This document shows, one piece after another, positions 47,581-61,468 of a stretch of DNA of 64,000 bases. Where the stretch lies: the NCBI RefSeq assembly GCF_009914755.1, contig NC_060928.1; one strand, 5' to 3'. The notes beneath the pieces are model-generated. The model saw nothing but the letters and a program-made list of their open reading frames with translations. It was not told the origin of the DNA and did no database searches. The translations under genes and the position numbers were made by a program. The stretch's first letter is position 1, and every line of letters begins with the position of its first letter. The stretch is from the human T2T-CHM13v2.0 reference genome, Homo sapiens.

Positions 47581-49060
47581 ACTGTTGTCTCTCCGCCCCC
47601 TATGTGGTAGTTTCATTCTTGGAATCACCTTCCTATATATAATGGACTCATATACCTATTTTACTATCTTTGCATCTTTAGCATTTGGTTCTTTTATGAC
47701 CAGTGTGGAATCTTTTCTGTAACTCACACATTCTTTTAGAGTTCAGAGCCTACAGGACTATGGAACCTAATAAAGTCTAGCACAAACCCATGAGTGCCAC
47801 AAAGTGTCACACACATGCCAATCAAGTCCACGGGCCTGCTACAAAGAAGTGCCCCTTTCAATGAGCTACCTGGAAAGGCACACCTACACTTGCCAAGGGT
47901 GGACCGATCGACTGGCATTGAGCATTGATTAGGAAGTAGTCCTGGATTCAAACTTTTGCATTTCCTCTCAAGGATTTCTAATTTTCTCAGGCAAAACAAA
48001 ACAAAACCAAAACAAACAGAAAAACACAAAAATAGATGGAGTAGGCATCCAGGAAAAGTGGGAGGAGTAAAGGGAAATGCACTGCTGGATTACACTGTGA
48101 ATAGCCAGAGCACAGGCCATGCCATCCTCCAGGACTGGACAAAGAACAACCTAGTTAAAAGCACAGAAAGGACATCTTCTATCGTCCTTTAGGGAGGGTT
48201 GTTTTAGAACAGCAGACTTGCCGAAACACTCAGAAGTCTATTCCACAAAAAAAACTGTGTTCAGTTCTGTTACAGCCATCAATGCTGTGACCACTGAGGT
48301 GAAGGGCAGAGGAGGGAAAGGCTGTCATAGAACCAAAGACCACATTCAAAAGACAATTACTTGATCCACTGACTTAAGTCCAACCAGGAAAAGCACCAGG
48401 AAAGACAATTAGTGATTCACAAGCTCAGCTGAGTAGAAACGTAAAGATGGCAATGATGTAGCTTAGCCCCAAGGTCAAAAGTGGAAAATGCTTGCTATGG
48501 GCAAGGCAGAGGGTGCTTTGAGAAGCTTCACCTCCGGGACTTGCTGAGCACTCCCAAGACAAGGGTGAGCAGAGCTCTGTCTCCAACCAGGGAACAATTA
48601 GTCTGTGGATCTACTGATCACTGTGGATGGTCTCTAGTTTGACACCTCGTCATTTGTCTCTGTCACTAGTGACCTTTGGAATAAAATGCTCATTCAATTT
48701 TATGACTAGGAGAGGCTCCAGAGATTTATCTAATCCCCCCCACCTCATTTTACTGATGAAGCTTCTCAGACATAGACAGATGAAGGGAATCCAATTTTTC
48801 AACTTTTATGAGAACATGAAGTACAAGAACAGAAAACATTCTGGATGGTTCAGGGTAGTGGTATATTTGCATACTCGACTTGGTTCAGCCCAGGAGTACA
48901 CCTGTATTTCTCAGAGCATGTGTTCCAATATGGGATTTGGAAAAATATGATCAGTTGATGGTTCAGAAAATAATGTTTGAAAAAATAAAATGTTCAGAAA
49001 GTCTGGTTTGGCATTTGCATGCATACTGAGGTACACAAGCTAGGGAAGAAAAGAGAATAG

Positions 49061-49462
<402 letters not shown>

Positions 49463-51338
49463 TGATAAAGGTAACAACAGGAAAAAATACAGATAGTGAA
49501 GAGGGGGCAAGAAGTGCATGTGTATAGAACAAAGTGAATTAGAATGTAGCAGGTCACCTAGAATTTTTATGACTATAACAGCTTAAGAGTGCTCTTTGAA
49601 AAACTGACCTAAATGTATTAGATCCGTGTAGCTTCACTATTGGTTGGGGCTGGGAGAATGAGCATGAGAGATGCTGGGGAAGAAGAGAGAAGACAGCGAA
49701 GGAGACTGCTGCCTGAGGAGCCACAGCAGCGGCTGGGAGAGGGCATCTGGGACAGCAAATATCTAGGACCCTCAGAAAGAAGGGCTGGCGGAGTGAGCTG
49801 CAGCCTGCATTCTCCTTCCTCCTGGAAGCTGCTTCCTCCACCCCAGAGGAGAGGGAGGAGAGAGTTTCTCAGAGTCTTTCCCTGGGGTCAGACACGGGTG
49901 GAATTAATGAAGCAAGATGGAAAGAAAATGGCAAGGAGATCTCAGGAGCCCTCTTTGTGTAAGGAAAGTAAAATCCACAATAAACTCAGGAAACTCATAA
50001 AGAGAGCAGAAGAGAATAGCAAGCCTTTGTATTAGGCACAGCTCTTTGTTTACACTGAAAATAGAAACAGGCAAACTAAATTGCCTGCAGGTTGCCTTTC
50101 TCCTTCCTTATTCTTTCTTCCTTCATGCAGTGCTTAACTATGCAAACATCCGGATCCTAAAAGGACATTAAATATTGGTTGATGGAGTCTTAAAATCCAG
50201 GAGCAACCCAGAAATGTTTACAAAGGGTGCCTGAGAAACTCCTAATTCTAAAAGCATTGCAAGTTTAGTATTCCTCAGATAAAGGTAACCAGAGCCTGTA
50301 AACCTTCCCTAAACTAAATAATAAAACATTACTTGATCTTAAAATATAAGCAGGGATTTGGGGATGTTTTCTTGTATTATTGGCATTATAGACAACATTA
50401 GAGGTAAAATTTATTACTAGTTAGGAAATTTTTCTTTTAGCATTACCTTTTCCCCACTTAACACAATTAAAAGAGGGTGTGTGTTAACAGAGCTTGTTCA
50501 GATAATGAGCTTGCTCACTACTTAAACTTTCTGTCCTCGTGGTATATTTTCATTCACTGAGCTGTTATCTGCATCATGTACCTGGGGGCTTTTTTAAAAT
50601 GAATGTTGCCTCCTCCATTTTGCAGAAAGCAATGAGAACGGCAGCACTGGAACACCTGCATTATATCAATAAAGGGATTGAGAGGAGACTGAAGCTCAAG
50701 AACTAGCAAATTTGAATTTGTACATTCAGCTATTGCCTGTGTGTCCCTTGTCCCAAACTCATATTCATCTTCTGAAAAGGGCAGCTGAGAACCCGGCACT
50801 TTTGACTGCTGCTTTTTTTTTCTTTTGTATTTCTCTTTCCCATTAGAGATTCAATGTGAGGGAATTATGACTCTTCTAGTCATTGTGTGTGCGTGTGAGC
50901 AGGGGGTATTATTTACTGCGGACTAAAATACAATTTTTTGTGTATGTGTTTCTTCCCAGATAGCTACATTATTGGTTACTTGCCAAGCAACCCCATATAC
51001 TTACTATTTTCAAAATCTAAGCAGATAGCAAAAAGCTCACCACAGAGCAGAAAATGAATGGATTGCTTTTTTAAAAGAAGTGGATGATTGAATGAATAAA
51101 TACATTTATTGTCTCTAATTGAACCTGCTTGTAGGCCCTACATAGTGCCAATACAGCCTACAAATTCACATTCCACATGGGCAACTCCACCTGCTATTGT
51201 TTGATTTGGGAGCTGTTCTATTTACACAATAAATATATACTGAAATATAAACAGAAATATCTTACTTCTGTATATTTTGGGTTGTAACCATTCACCACGT
51301 ATTACAACAGTCTTTTCTTTTCTTCCTCACTCCTCCAG

Positions 51339-51506
51339 GACAGAACATTATTCCATCCTGTGAGCAACAGCTGCATGGATTGCAACCCCGCAGAGAAGAA
51401 GATTTTCATGGCCAGATGTGACCCTCTCTCTGAGACTCAGCAGTGGATTTTTGAACACATTAATATGACTGTTTTAGAAAAATTTAACCACCATGCCAAC
51501 TCCTAG
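51339..51506 (+). CDS. GALNTL6: GALNTL6 terminal exon, coding part (lectin gamma repeat plus stop)
   Basis: Strong pyrimidine tract tcttttcttttcttcctcactcctccag. Translates to [55 protein letters not shown] (TAG 51504-51506), recognised as the GALNTL6 C-terminus. Confidence 0.96.
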   Translation, partial: DRTLFHPVSNSCMDCNPAEKKIFMARCDPLSETQQWIFEHINMTVLEKFNHHANS

Positions 51507-52970
51507 AAAGAAGAAAGGAAGAAAGAGTGATTACCTACAGGTTATAAATTAAATTTTAGCCAGCATCTGGGTCGAAGGAGTCAGGAATAACATTTCCTCG
51601 ATCCAGGAAGGCTGGTTTAAAAATTTGCAAATGCCATGTCAAAGTAGGTTGTTTTGAAGAACTTCCTGCATCTGAAGAACTTGGCTGAGAATCTCACCAG
51701 CTGCTTCTGAGAACTCGAGACTAGCAGTTCCCTTGCTGGCCAAGGGCAAAGATAATTTAGGGACTTTTCAAAACAACTGCTGAGCTAATAAATCCTAGCA
51801 TTTCTCAGGTCAAATCCTGCAGTAGTGAGTAGCTATGAATGGATCCTATTAACTGGGTGGGAGGGGGGTGAAAATGGAGTGCATGACTGCTCTGACAACC
51901 TGAGGATATCACAGGTTTAGAACTAGCCAAGCTTAAGGGGTGAGCTGTACTCTTTGGTGCCATTCTCTGACTAAGAATGGGTTCAGCAGGTTTAACCCTT
52001 AAAAGTGCTGCAGATGATTTCAGAGTGCTCACACTATTCTGTTTTTTTTATTTTTATTTTTAAATGAGGGTGCAATATCTAATGTAAGACTTAAATTACA
52101 TAATGAAATGGACATCCAGTGTTCCCATTCTTTCGTTTATATTTGCCATTTTTTTTTCAGAGCAAAGTTTCTTTTTTATGAAAGTTCATGCTCCATGAAT
52201 CCACTGAATTTCTAATTCAGTGCCCTTCTATGAATCCAGTTAAAAACAAAAGCAAAAGCAAAAATCTATGCTATCAAGTTACTCCAAAGAAAGATTTCAC
52301 AGAAGCAGCAAAACCATATAAGATTTAGGAGAGGGACTTCCCTGGGAAATCTATTTTTACTTTTCTATTATTTTTAAAATCTTAAAAGTCTGATATTTGT
52401 CCAGTCATAATTTTTATTAAGCAAGGAAATGGAGTGAGTTTGATGTAATTTGTTTAGGAGATTCTTAAACCCAAATAAATCTACACTCCAAGTGATATGT
52501 GAAAATGGCTTAGTTCACTTCAATTCTGTTTAGTCAGTGGTGGGAGCTTAGAAGTGGTTTTATTTGTTCGTTTGTTTGGGTTTTGCTTTTGTTTTTTATT
52601 TTTTTCTTGTTTTTTTTTTGTAGTGTTGAATTAATGATGTTCTTTTATTTGGAAGCTCATAAAAGGAATTACCATTAATGAAGTGTTTCTGACACCATTT
52701 TCTGTTAATGGGACAATATTTCGGGGATGAAGAAAGGAATGCTCCGAAAACTAAATGGAACACTTAATCCTTAAAGCAATTTTTTACTGTTCAATAATAT
52801 CACATTGGGGGAAGAAAACACAGGTATCAAGGTGGTTCTTGGGAAAAAAGAATCATGTTTATTATATATCTCTCAAGTTTTTTTGGTATAAAAATGTTTT
52901 AACTTTGCTTTCTTTTTGGTTTTTGTTTGAAGTTGGTTTTCCTGTTAATAAAAATTTATATAACATCTTG
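51507..52970 (+). other. GALNTL6: GALNTL6 3' UTR (end inferred)
   Basis: AU-rich sequence with no recognised repeats after the stop codon, ending near AATAAA at 52947, after which MIR and L1 repeats resume. Confidence 0.7.
52947..52952 (+). terminator. Probable distal polyadenylation signal AATAAA
   Basis: AATAAA preceded by U-rich upstream elements. Additional AATAAA at 51787-51792 and 52474-52479. Confidence 0.65.
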
Positions 52971-53411
52971 GATCTAGAGCATTAAATTTTAGAACTGGGA
53001 GGACTCCTAGGATCCAGTCCCTTTACTTCTTCAGATGAATCACAAAAGCCCAGAAAGGCCCAACTCCTGGCAAGGCTGATGTCTTCTGAGCCCTATTCCT
53101 GTGTTTTTTATCTTGTACTGTGTTGCCTCACTCTTACCCAAGCTGGTTCTGGATATTACTGTGATTTAACTTGAGATTTTCAGTCACTAGATGAGAATAC
53201 TATGCCTCCCTGGGGATGCCCACTAAAGTAATATTCACACTCAGAAACTTTAATACAGTACATGAAGCCTCTTCTTATACATGTTCGTGATTTTTTATCT
53301 CCCTGAAACTTAATGAAAATGTCTAGTTAAACAACCAGGCTATAGTTGGGGAAGAGTTATTTCATTATCTTTACTGATTTTTCAAGCATTCTTTTGAAGA
53401 GCTATTTTTTT

Positions 53412-55294
53412 TTCTTTTTCTTTTTGATTATACTTTAAGTTCTGGGATACATGTGGAGAATGTGCAGGTTTGTTACATAAGTATGCACATGCCATGGTAG
53501 TTCGCTGCACCCATCAACCCCTCATCTACATTAGGTACTTCTCCTAATGCTTTCCTTCCCCTAGTCCCCCACCCACTGACAGACCCCAGTGTGTGATGTT
53601 CCCCAGTGTATGATGTTCCCCTCCCTGTGTCCATGTGTTCTCATTGTTCAGCTCCCACTTATGAGTGAGAATATGTGGTGTTTGGTTTTCTGTTCCTGTG
53701 TTAGTTTGCTGAGAATGATGGTTTCCAGCTTCATCCATGTCCCTGCAAAGGACATGAACTCATCCTTTTTTATGGCTGCATAGTATTCCATGGTGTATAT
53801 GTGCCACATTTTCTTTATCCAGTCTATCATTGATGGGCATTTGGATTGGTTCCAAGTCTGTGCTATTGCGAACAGTGCTGCAATAAAAGTATGTGTGCAT
53901 GTGTCTTTATAGTAGAATGATTTCTAATCCTTTGGGTATATACCCAGTAATGGAATTGCTGGGTCAAATGGTATTTCCAGTTCTAGATCCTTGGGGAAAT
54001 GCCACACTGTCTTCCACAATGGTTGAACTAATTTACACTCCCACCACCAGTGTAAAATTGTTCCTATTTCTCCACATCCTCTCCAGCATCTGTTGTTTCC
54101 TGACTTTTTAATGATCGCCATTCTAACTGGTGTGAGATGTTATCTCATTGTGGTTTTGATTTGCATTTCTCTAATGACCAGTGATGATGAGCTTTTTTTC
54201 ATATGTTTGTTGGCTGCATAAATGTCTCCTTTTGAGAGTTGTCTGTTCATATCCTTTGCCCACTTTTTGATGGGGTCATTTTTTTGTTGTAAATTTGTTT
54301 AAGTTCTTTGTAGATTCTGGATATTAGCCCTTTGTCAGATAGATAGATTGCAAAAATGTTCTCCCATTCTGTAGGTTGCCTGTTCACTCTGATGATAGTT
54401 CATTTTGCTGTGCAGAAGCTCTTTAGTTTAATTAGATCCCATTTGTCAATTTTGGCTTTTGTTGCCATTGCTTTAATGTTTTAGTCATGAAGTCTTTGCC
54501 CATGCCTATGTCCTGAATGGTATTTCTTAGGTTTTCTTCTAAGGTTTTTATGGTTTTGGGTCTTATGTTTAAGTCTTTAATACATCTTGAGTTAATTTTT
54601 GTACAAGGTGTAATGAAGGAGTCCAGTTTCAGTTTTCTGCATATGGCTAGCCAGTTTTCCCAACACCATTTATTAAATAGGGAATCTTTTCTCCATTGCT
54701 TGTTTTTGTCAGGTTTGTCAAAGATCAGATGGTTGTAGATGTGTGGCTTTATTTCTGAGGCCTCTATTCTCTTCCATTGGTCTATATATCTGTTTTGGTA
54801 CCAGTACCATGCTGTTTTGGTTACTGTAGCCTTGTAGCATAGTTTGAAGTCAGGTAGCATGAAGTCCTTCACATCCCTTTGTAAGTTGTATTCCTAGGCA
54901 TTTTATTCTCTTTGTAGTAATTGTGAATGGGAGTTCACTCATGATTTGGCTCTCTATTAGTGATGTATAGGAATGCCTGTGATTTTTGCACATTGATTTT
55001 GTATCCTGAGACTTTGCTGAAGTTGCTTATCAGCTTAAGGAGTTTTTGGGCTGAGACAATGGGGTTTTCTGAATATACAATCATGTCATCTGCAAACAGA
55101 GATAATTTGACTCCCTGTCTTCCTATTTGAATACCCTTTATTTCTTTCTCTTGCCTGATTGCCCTGGCCAGAACTTCCAATAATAATTTGAATAGGAGTG
55201 GTGAGAGGACATCCTTGTCTTGTGCCAGTTTTCAAAGGGAATGCTTCCAGCTTTTGCCCATTGAGTATGATATTGGCTGTGGGTTTGTCATAAA
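53412..55294 (-). mobile_element. 5'-truncated L1PA (about PA7/8) with an internal deletion
   Basis: ORF2 peptides in minus ORFs ([29 protein letters not shown]). TSD tttgaagagctattttttt at 53393-53411 and 55295-55313, followed by AA (endonuclease site). Confidence 0.96.
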
Positions 55295-55744
55295 TTTGAA
55301 GAGCTATTTTTTTAACCTTCTGTCACAGAGATATTTTGTATAGGTCAAGAGATCTCGAAGCATTCAAGAAGCATACTGGAGAAAATCAATAGTGAGAAAT
55401 TAACCTGTGTGTTGAGCAATTCCAGAGAGTGAATGAAGATTTATCTCAAGTGTTCAGACAGCAATCTTGTTGTAGAATTAGATGATCCTATAAAAATTCA
55501 CATTATGTCATTAAACAGCTGACTGCTATTTACAGTTCTATGAAAGAGACAACCCTGGGTTCTGTACCCTGCAAAGCTCAGATTCGCAATGATCTTGTAG
55601 GATGCTATAATCATGGAAAGCTAGCCATAACATGTTTGGCTCTGTCCTTTGAGAAAGCCTGAATATATTGCATTATTTTGGTGTGACACACAGAGGTCAA
55701 CCAAGATTGGTCTCTTGATCTCTGAATAAAATAATGTAATATTT

Positions 55745-55920
55745 TGGGGCCTATTTGAGGGTGGAAGGTGAGAAGAGGGAGAGGATCAAGAAGAATAACT
55801 TACTGGTACTGGGCTTAATACCTGGGTGATGAAATAATCTGTACAACAAATCGCCATGACACAAGTTTACTAATATAACAAACCTGCACATGCACTCCTG
55901 AACTTAAAAGTTTTAAAAAA
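55745..55920 (+). mobile_element. L1PA (about PA13-16) 3' UTR fragment
   Basis: ggggcctatttgagggtgg...gaaataatctgtacaacaaa...aacaaacctgcacatg...gaacttaaaag. Confidence 0.88.
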
Positions 55921-55936
55921 TTAAATTAAATTTTTT

Positions 55937-56070
55937 AAATGTAATATAAAAAATTAATTTTTAAATGTAATATAAAAAATTAATTTTTTAAATGTAATAT
56001 AAAAAATTAATTTTTTAAATGTAATATAAAAAATTAATTTTTTAAATGTAATATAAAAAATTAATTTTTT
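55937..56070. repeat. AT-rich minisatellite, 27-bp unit x5
   Basis: Unit aaatgtaatataaaaaattaatttttt starts at 55937, 55963, 55990, 56017 and 56044. Confidence 0.97.
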
Positions 56071-56403
56071 AAATTAAGGAATGCTTGAGACATTGAGGCC
56101 AAAATTAAAACTCTAAACTGTGAAGCAACTGTTAAATGTGTGCAAATAGGAAACAAATAGAATGAAATGAAGCCTCGAGAACCTACCCCTAAGCCAAAGG
56201 GCACAACATTGCTAATAAGCACATCTGAGGAGGCATTTCCACTCCACTGAAGGTTAAGACTCTGTCTACCCAAAGCACCGCTACTACCATGCTGAAAAGT
56301 AGAAAACTATGTATGTTGGTATGTTTATTTAACAAAGGGGACTGAACAATCCTCAGAAAGACTCTCTTTCCTGGAAATAACATGATTTGAAAATTGGACA
56401 GTA

Positions 56404-56783
<380 letters not shown>

Positions 56784-57262
56784 CTACTTCTCCATCATAA
56801 GACATGGTTTTGCCAGAATAATTAATTTTTAAAATCTTTTTTATGTATTTACAAAGAAAAAGCTGTGCTTTAAAGCAATCATGAACTAAACATAGGACTT
56901 ACACTTTTTTCAAGGCTGGATTAATACCCTGGCAATAGCAATGTATTGGCTTCTATGTCCACTGGTATTTACTTAAAAACATTAATATGATCACATAACT
57001 GTTTTTAAAAGTATTCACTATATCAGAAGCTTCAGGGAGTAATGCAAGTTCCAGAATTGCTTTATGAATTGATAACCTAAAACTTTATGCAATAAATGAA
57101 TAACAGAAAATGAAAATGGACCTACAAGCAATGAAAGAGTGTGTTAGGCCCGTTCTTCTCATGTTTCTTGGAAAACATGAAACCCATGCCAACACTTGAC
57201 ATCATTTCCTTTAGGAGCAATGTTTTAAAAGAAGCCAAATATAAATAAGTAAATACCTATTA

Positions 57263-57708
<446 letters not shown>

Positions 57709-58894
57709 TTCAATCACACTTTGATTACAAAGCTGGCTATCCAGCAGTCATAGAGGGCCACACCTGCCACTGTGGGACATTCTTGGCCCAGGATATCACA
57801 CACCTAAGGACTCAGAAGAAAGTTGATGATAAGGCTATGCCAGATGTGCCTTTGACTTCTTGTCTTACTGCAGAATCTCCCCCAGAACTAGGCAGTTCAC
57901 CTGACCCTCCCCTGAAGAAGAGTGCTAGGTTATATTTTTTCAGAATTTAGAATCATCCTAACAATATGACATTGTGAACATTGATTTATCCCTAAAAACT
58001 CATTTAGTAAAATGTCTTTAGGCTTGTTACCCTGGCAGGATTATGAGGCTGCAACGCGCTTCCATAAACACATGCTGGAGATATGCTGGAAATAAAGCAT
58101 TTCTTATAAATCATGAGAAAGAATGCCTCAAAGGGAAAATATTTTTAAGTGATTCCCTATGATTCTGGGAGTACATATAAATGGAGATAAGTAAATTGTA
58201 TCTCTCAACATGGGGCATGCTTCATTCTCTCCCTTCACCTCATCGACCAGTCCTGCTCCTGCCATCATTCCTCTCAGATGACACCACCAACTGTAATTAC
58301 TCTCCATGTGTGAAACGGTGGCCGAGGACACTGAAGCGTGACAAGTGGCCAGTCTTTCCCACACTGCCGACATTGGAAGATTGCTCTTTGATTTATGTCT
58401 ATAGCCTTTGCTTGCAGAACTGGGAGCTGTTTGCAACTCTATTTGGTAGACTTGACATTGACCTGAAGCTTTTATTCATAGTCACTCATCTCTGAGCTTG
58501 ACATACCAGACTGGTGTGTCTGGTACTGCAGCCTCTTGGCAGACAACAGCTCAGGCACATGTTTGATGCTTCACTTCAGAGAAACCTGGAAACATTTCTT
58601 CCATCCCTGCTGCCTGAAGTTGCCTGCTTCTTCCCAAAGCACAATAGCTTCCTGGGCTTTCCACAGGCCTCTGCTGTCCTTCTTTGCTCATTTCAACGTG
58701 GTTCTCCAACTGACCTCAGTACAGAAAGGCTGGTTATATTTCAGAATCTTTTTGTCGATGAGTTTATTCTGACTTTACTCACCTTGAGGGGGCTATTCAT
58801 AACTAAACAGCTTAGGTGCTGGGTTTACCTATGTTACTTTATGCGTATGATTTTTGTCCTGTGTGATTTTTAATAATGCCCCTTTTACTGTTTT

Positions 58895-59387
<493 letters not shown>

Positions 59388-59797
59388 TAGTTTCAGTAAC
59401 GAATTAAATACTCACCCTATTTATAATCCACGTGCCTGTTTATAATTCCTGTAGGAAAGAAAATGTATTTTGCTTATTAAGGCTTACAGTCTACAAGAAA
59501 TCAACTCGACTTATTCCTTCCCTTCAAACAGGACCAGACCAAAATCAGCTTCTTGATGACTGTGTATTGCATTCACACGGGTCTTTACAAGTTACTTAAT
59601 GAAAGCTTTGTAATCAAGAGTTCTATATCCACCTAAATCTCTTTGCTGAATGAAGTCTAATTTAAATGATTTTTTCATAATTTAAAAAATTTATTTGAAA
59701 TCAATGCAGTCATTTTATATTTTTTCAAGCTCAAAACAGTAGATCGCCAACATGGCCTATTAACCACACTATTAATTCTCAATATTATGGTAAGGTG

Positions 59798-59810
59798 TAG
59801 ATAGATAGAT

Positions 59811-59841
<31 letters not shown>

Positions 59842-59855
59842 GGTAGATAGATGAT
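59798..59855. repeat. (GATA)n tetranucleotide STR
   Basis: Interrupted tagatagatagat array. Confidence 0.95.
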
Positions 59856-59899
59856 GGGTGGACATGCTATTTGCATTATTGCTTTTGTTTTTCTAAGCA

Positions 59900-60090
59900 A
59901 TTTTATATGTATTATCTCACTCCACACTTATAACAATCTCTGGTGTAGATAATATTATAATCCTCATGAAAAAAACTGAAGGACTCAGAGTTAAGGGGCT
60001 TGCAAGGGGCTAGCAAGTTAACAGCAGAATCAGGACTAGATAGATTCAGGCCTTCTAATATGTAGACCTCTGTTCCTTCCATTCTCCATG
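59900..60090 (-). mobile_element. MIR SINE
   Basis: tatgtattatctca...gtagataatattataatcctc...ctcagagttaaggggcttgcaagg. Confidence 0.6.
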
Positions 60091-60629
60091 GTAGTTTATA
60101 CCTCACTACAGGGTCATTCACCCAGAGCAAAGCCCATATGAGTTGTATGGAGGTACCTCAAAATAGCAAGATCACTCATTCCTTAGGGACTTCTGTTTTT
60201 AACCCCTTAATTATGTTTGTTCTTCTCTGTACCTGTGTGTTTTTGTTGATTTTCCCACAAGCTTATTAAAGTAAGAACTGAATCCAGGATTAGTCCTTCT
60301 TAATGAGATTTCTAAGGTACTTTTAAGAAAAGAAGTGATCTATTAAAGCTATTTGCATAGCTCTAGATGACAAATCCAAAAGCAAATACTGTGTTCTTGG
60401 TAATTATCAATGGGTTCAGTCCTCAGGGAGAGGAAAACAGTCATTAAGCAAAGAATTTGCACTCACTTCGCAGTAAGACTCCAAGCTGACCTTCTTTTAA
60501 TAGTCTTATTTCTGAAAAGTTGTCAGGCACATCTCTTAGCCATCTGAGACTCTCGGTCTGCACTGATGTGAATTCTCTCTGGCAGTTTTTCTCTTCTGAG
60601 GGTACAAGTTAAACATGTGTATTACTAGG

Positions 60630-61003
60630 CATTTTGGTCCGTTTGGGCTGCTTTAACAAAATATCATACACTGGGTAACTTACAGATAATAGGAATGTAT
60701 TTCTTACAGTTCTGGAGGCTGGGAAGTCCAAGATGGAGGAGCAGGCAGATTCAGTGTCTGCTGAGGCCCCAGTTTCTGGTTTAAATAAAGATCACATCTT
60801 CTCACTGTGGCCTCACATAGTGAAAGGGGCAAGGGAGCTCTCAGGGGCCTCTTTCTTAAGGGCACTAATCCCAATTATGAAAGCTCTGCCTTCATGACCT
60901 CATCACTTCCTAAAAGGTCTCCCTCCTAATACCATCACTGTGGAGGTCAGGATTTCAATATATAAATTTGGGGGGTAGGGACACAAACATTTAGAATATA
61001 GCA
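60630..61003 (-). mobile_element. MaLR solo LTR (MLT1A-like)
   Basis: cagttctggaggctgggaagtccaagat...agggcactaatccca...gacacaaacatt...tagca. TSD ctagg / ccagg. Confidence 0.88.
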
Positions 61004-61283
61004 CCAGGTCTTACCCCAAATCTACTATATCAGAATTTCTGGGTTAGGCCACTAGATACAGAAAATTCTATTATCAAAGAGATAAATAATTGCTTTGTGC
61101 CCCAGTTCCTAATTTCCTACCACTAGCAAATCCAAGTTAATTCTCTGACATGGTTGTTCACAAATAAACACTGCAGATGTCTGGAAGAATGATCAGTTGT
61201 AATCCGAAGCTATTATAAATTTGCATTGAGAGAAACATGCCTAAGAACATTTTATTTCAAAAATCCTCTGGCTTTTGTTAGGT

Positions 61284-61468
61284 CAGTGATCATTGAACCT
61301 TAGTGTTTAAACACCTGGAGGTAATGTTAAAACACAGATTGCTGGGCCACCCCTTAGTGATGGAAATGAGGCTCAAGAATTTACATTTCCAACATGTTGC
61401 TAGATGATGCTGATGCCGATGGTCCACATTTGGACCACATTTGGAGTCCACATTTTGAAAGCTATTGG
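61284..61468. mobile_element. MER5A-like hAT DNA transposon
   Basis: cacctggag...tgttaaaacacagattgctgggcc...aagaatttacatttccaaca...gatgatgctgatgc. Confidence 0.75.

Noticed and set aside
49640-50035. 131-aa charged ORF in a purine-rich stretch
   Set aside because: Non-ATG start, compositional bias, no recognisable homology and no clear exon boundaries.
55937-56070. CRISPR-like array (27-bp palindromic repeats)
   Set aside because: Units are directly tandem with no spacers and no cas genes, in a primate context. It is a minisatellite.
58128-58873. Possible processed pseudogene (overlapping 100-120 aa ORFs)
   Set aside because: No recognisable protein on either strand, and no poly(A) tail or TSD.
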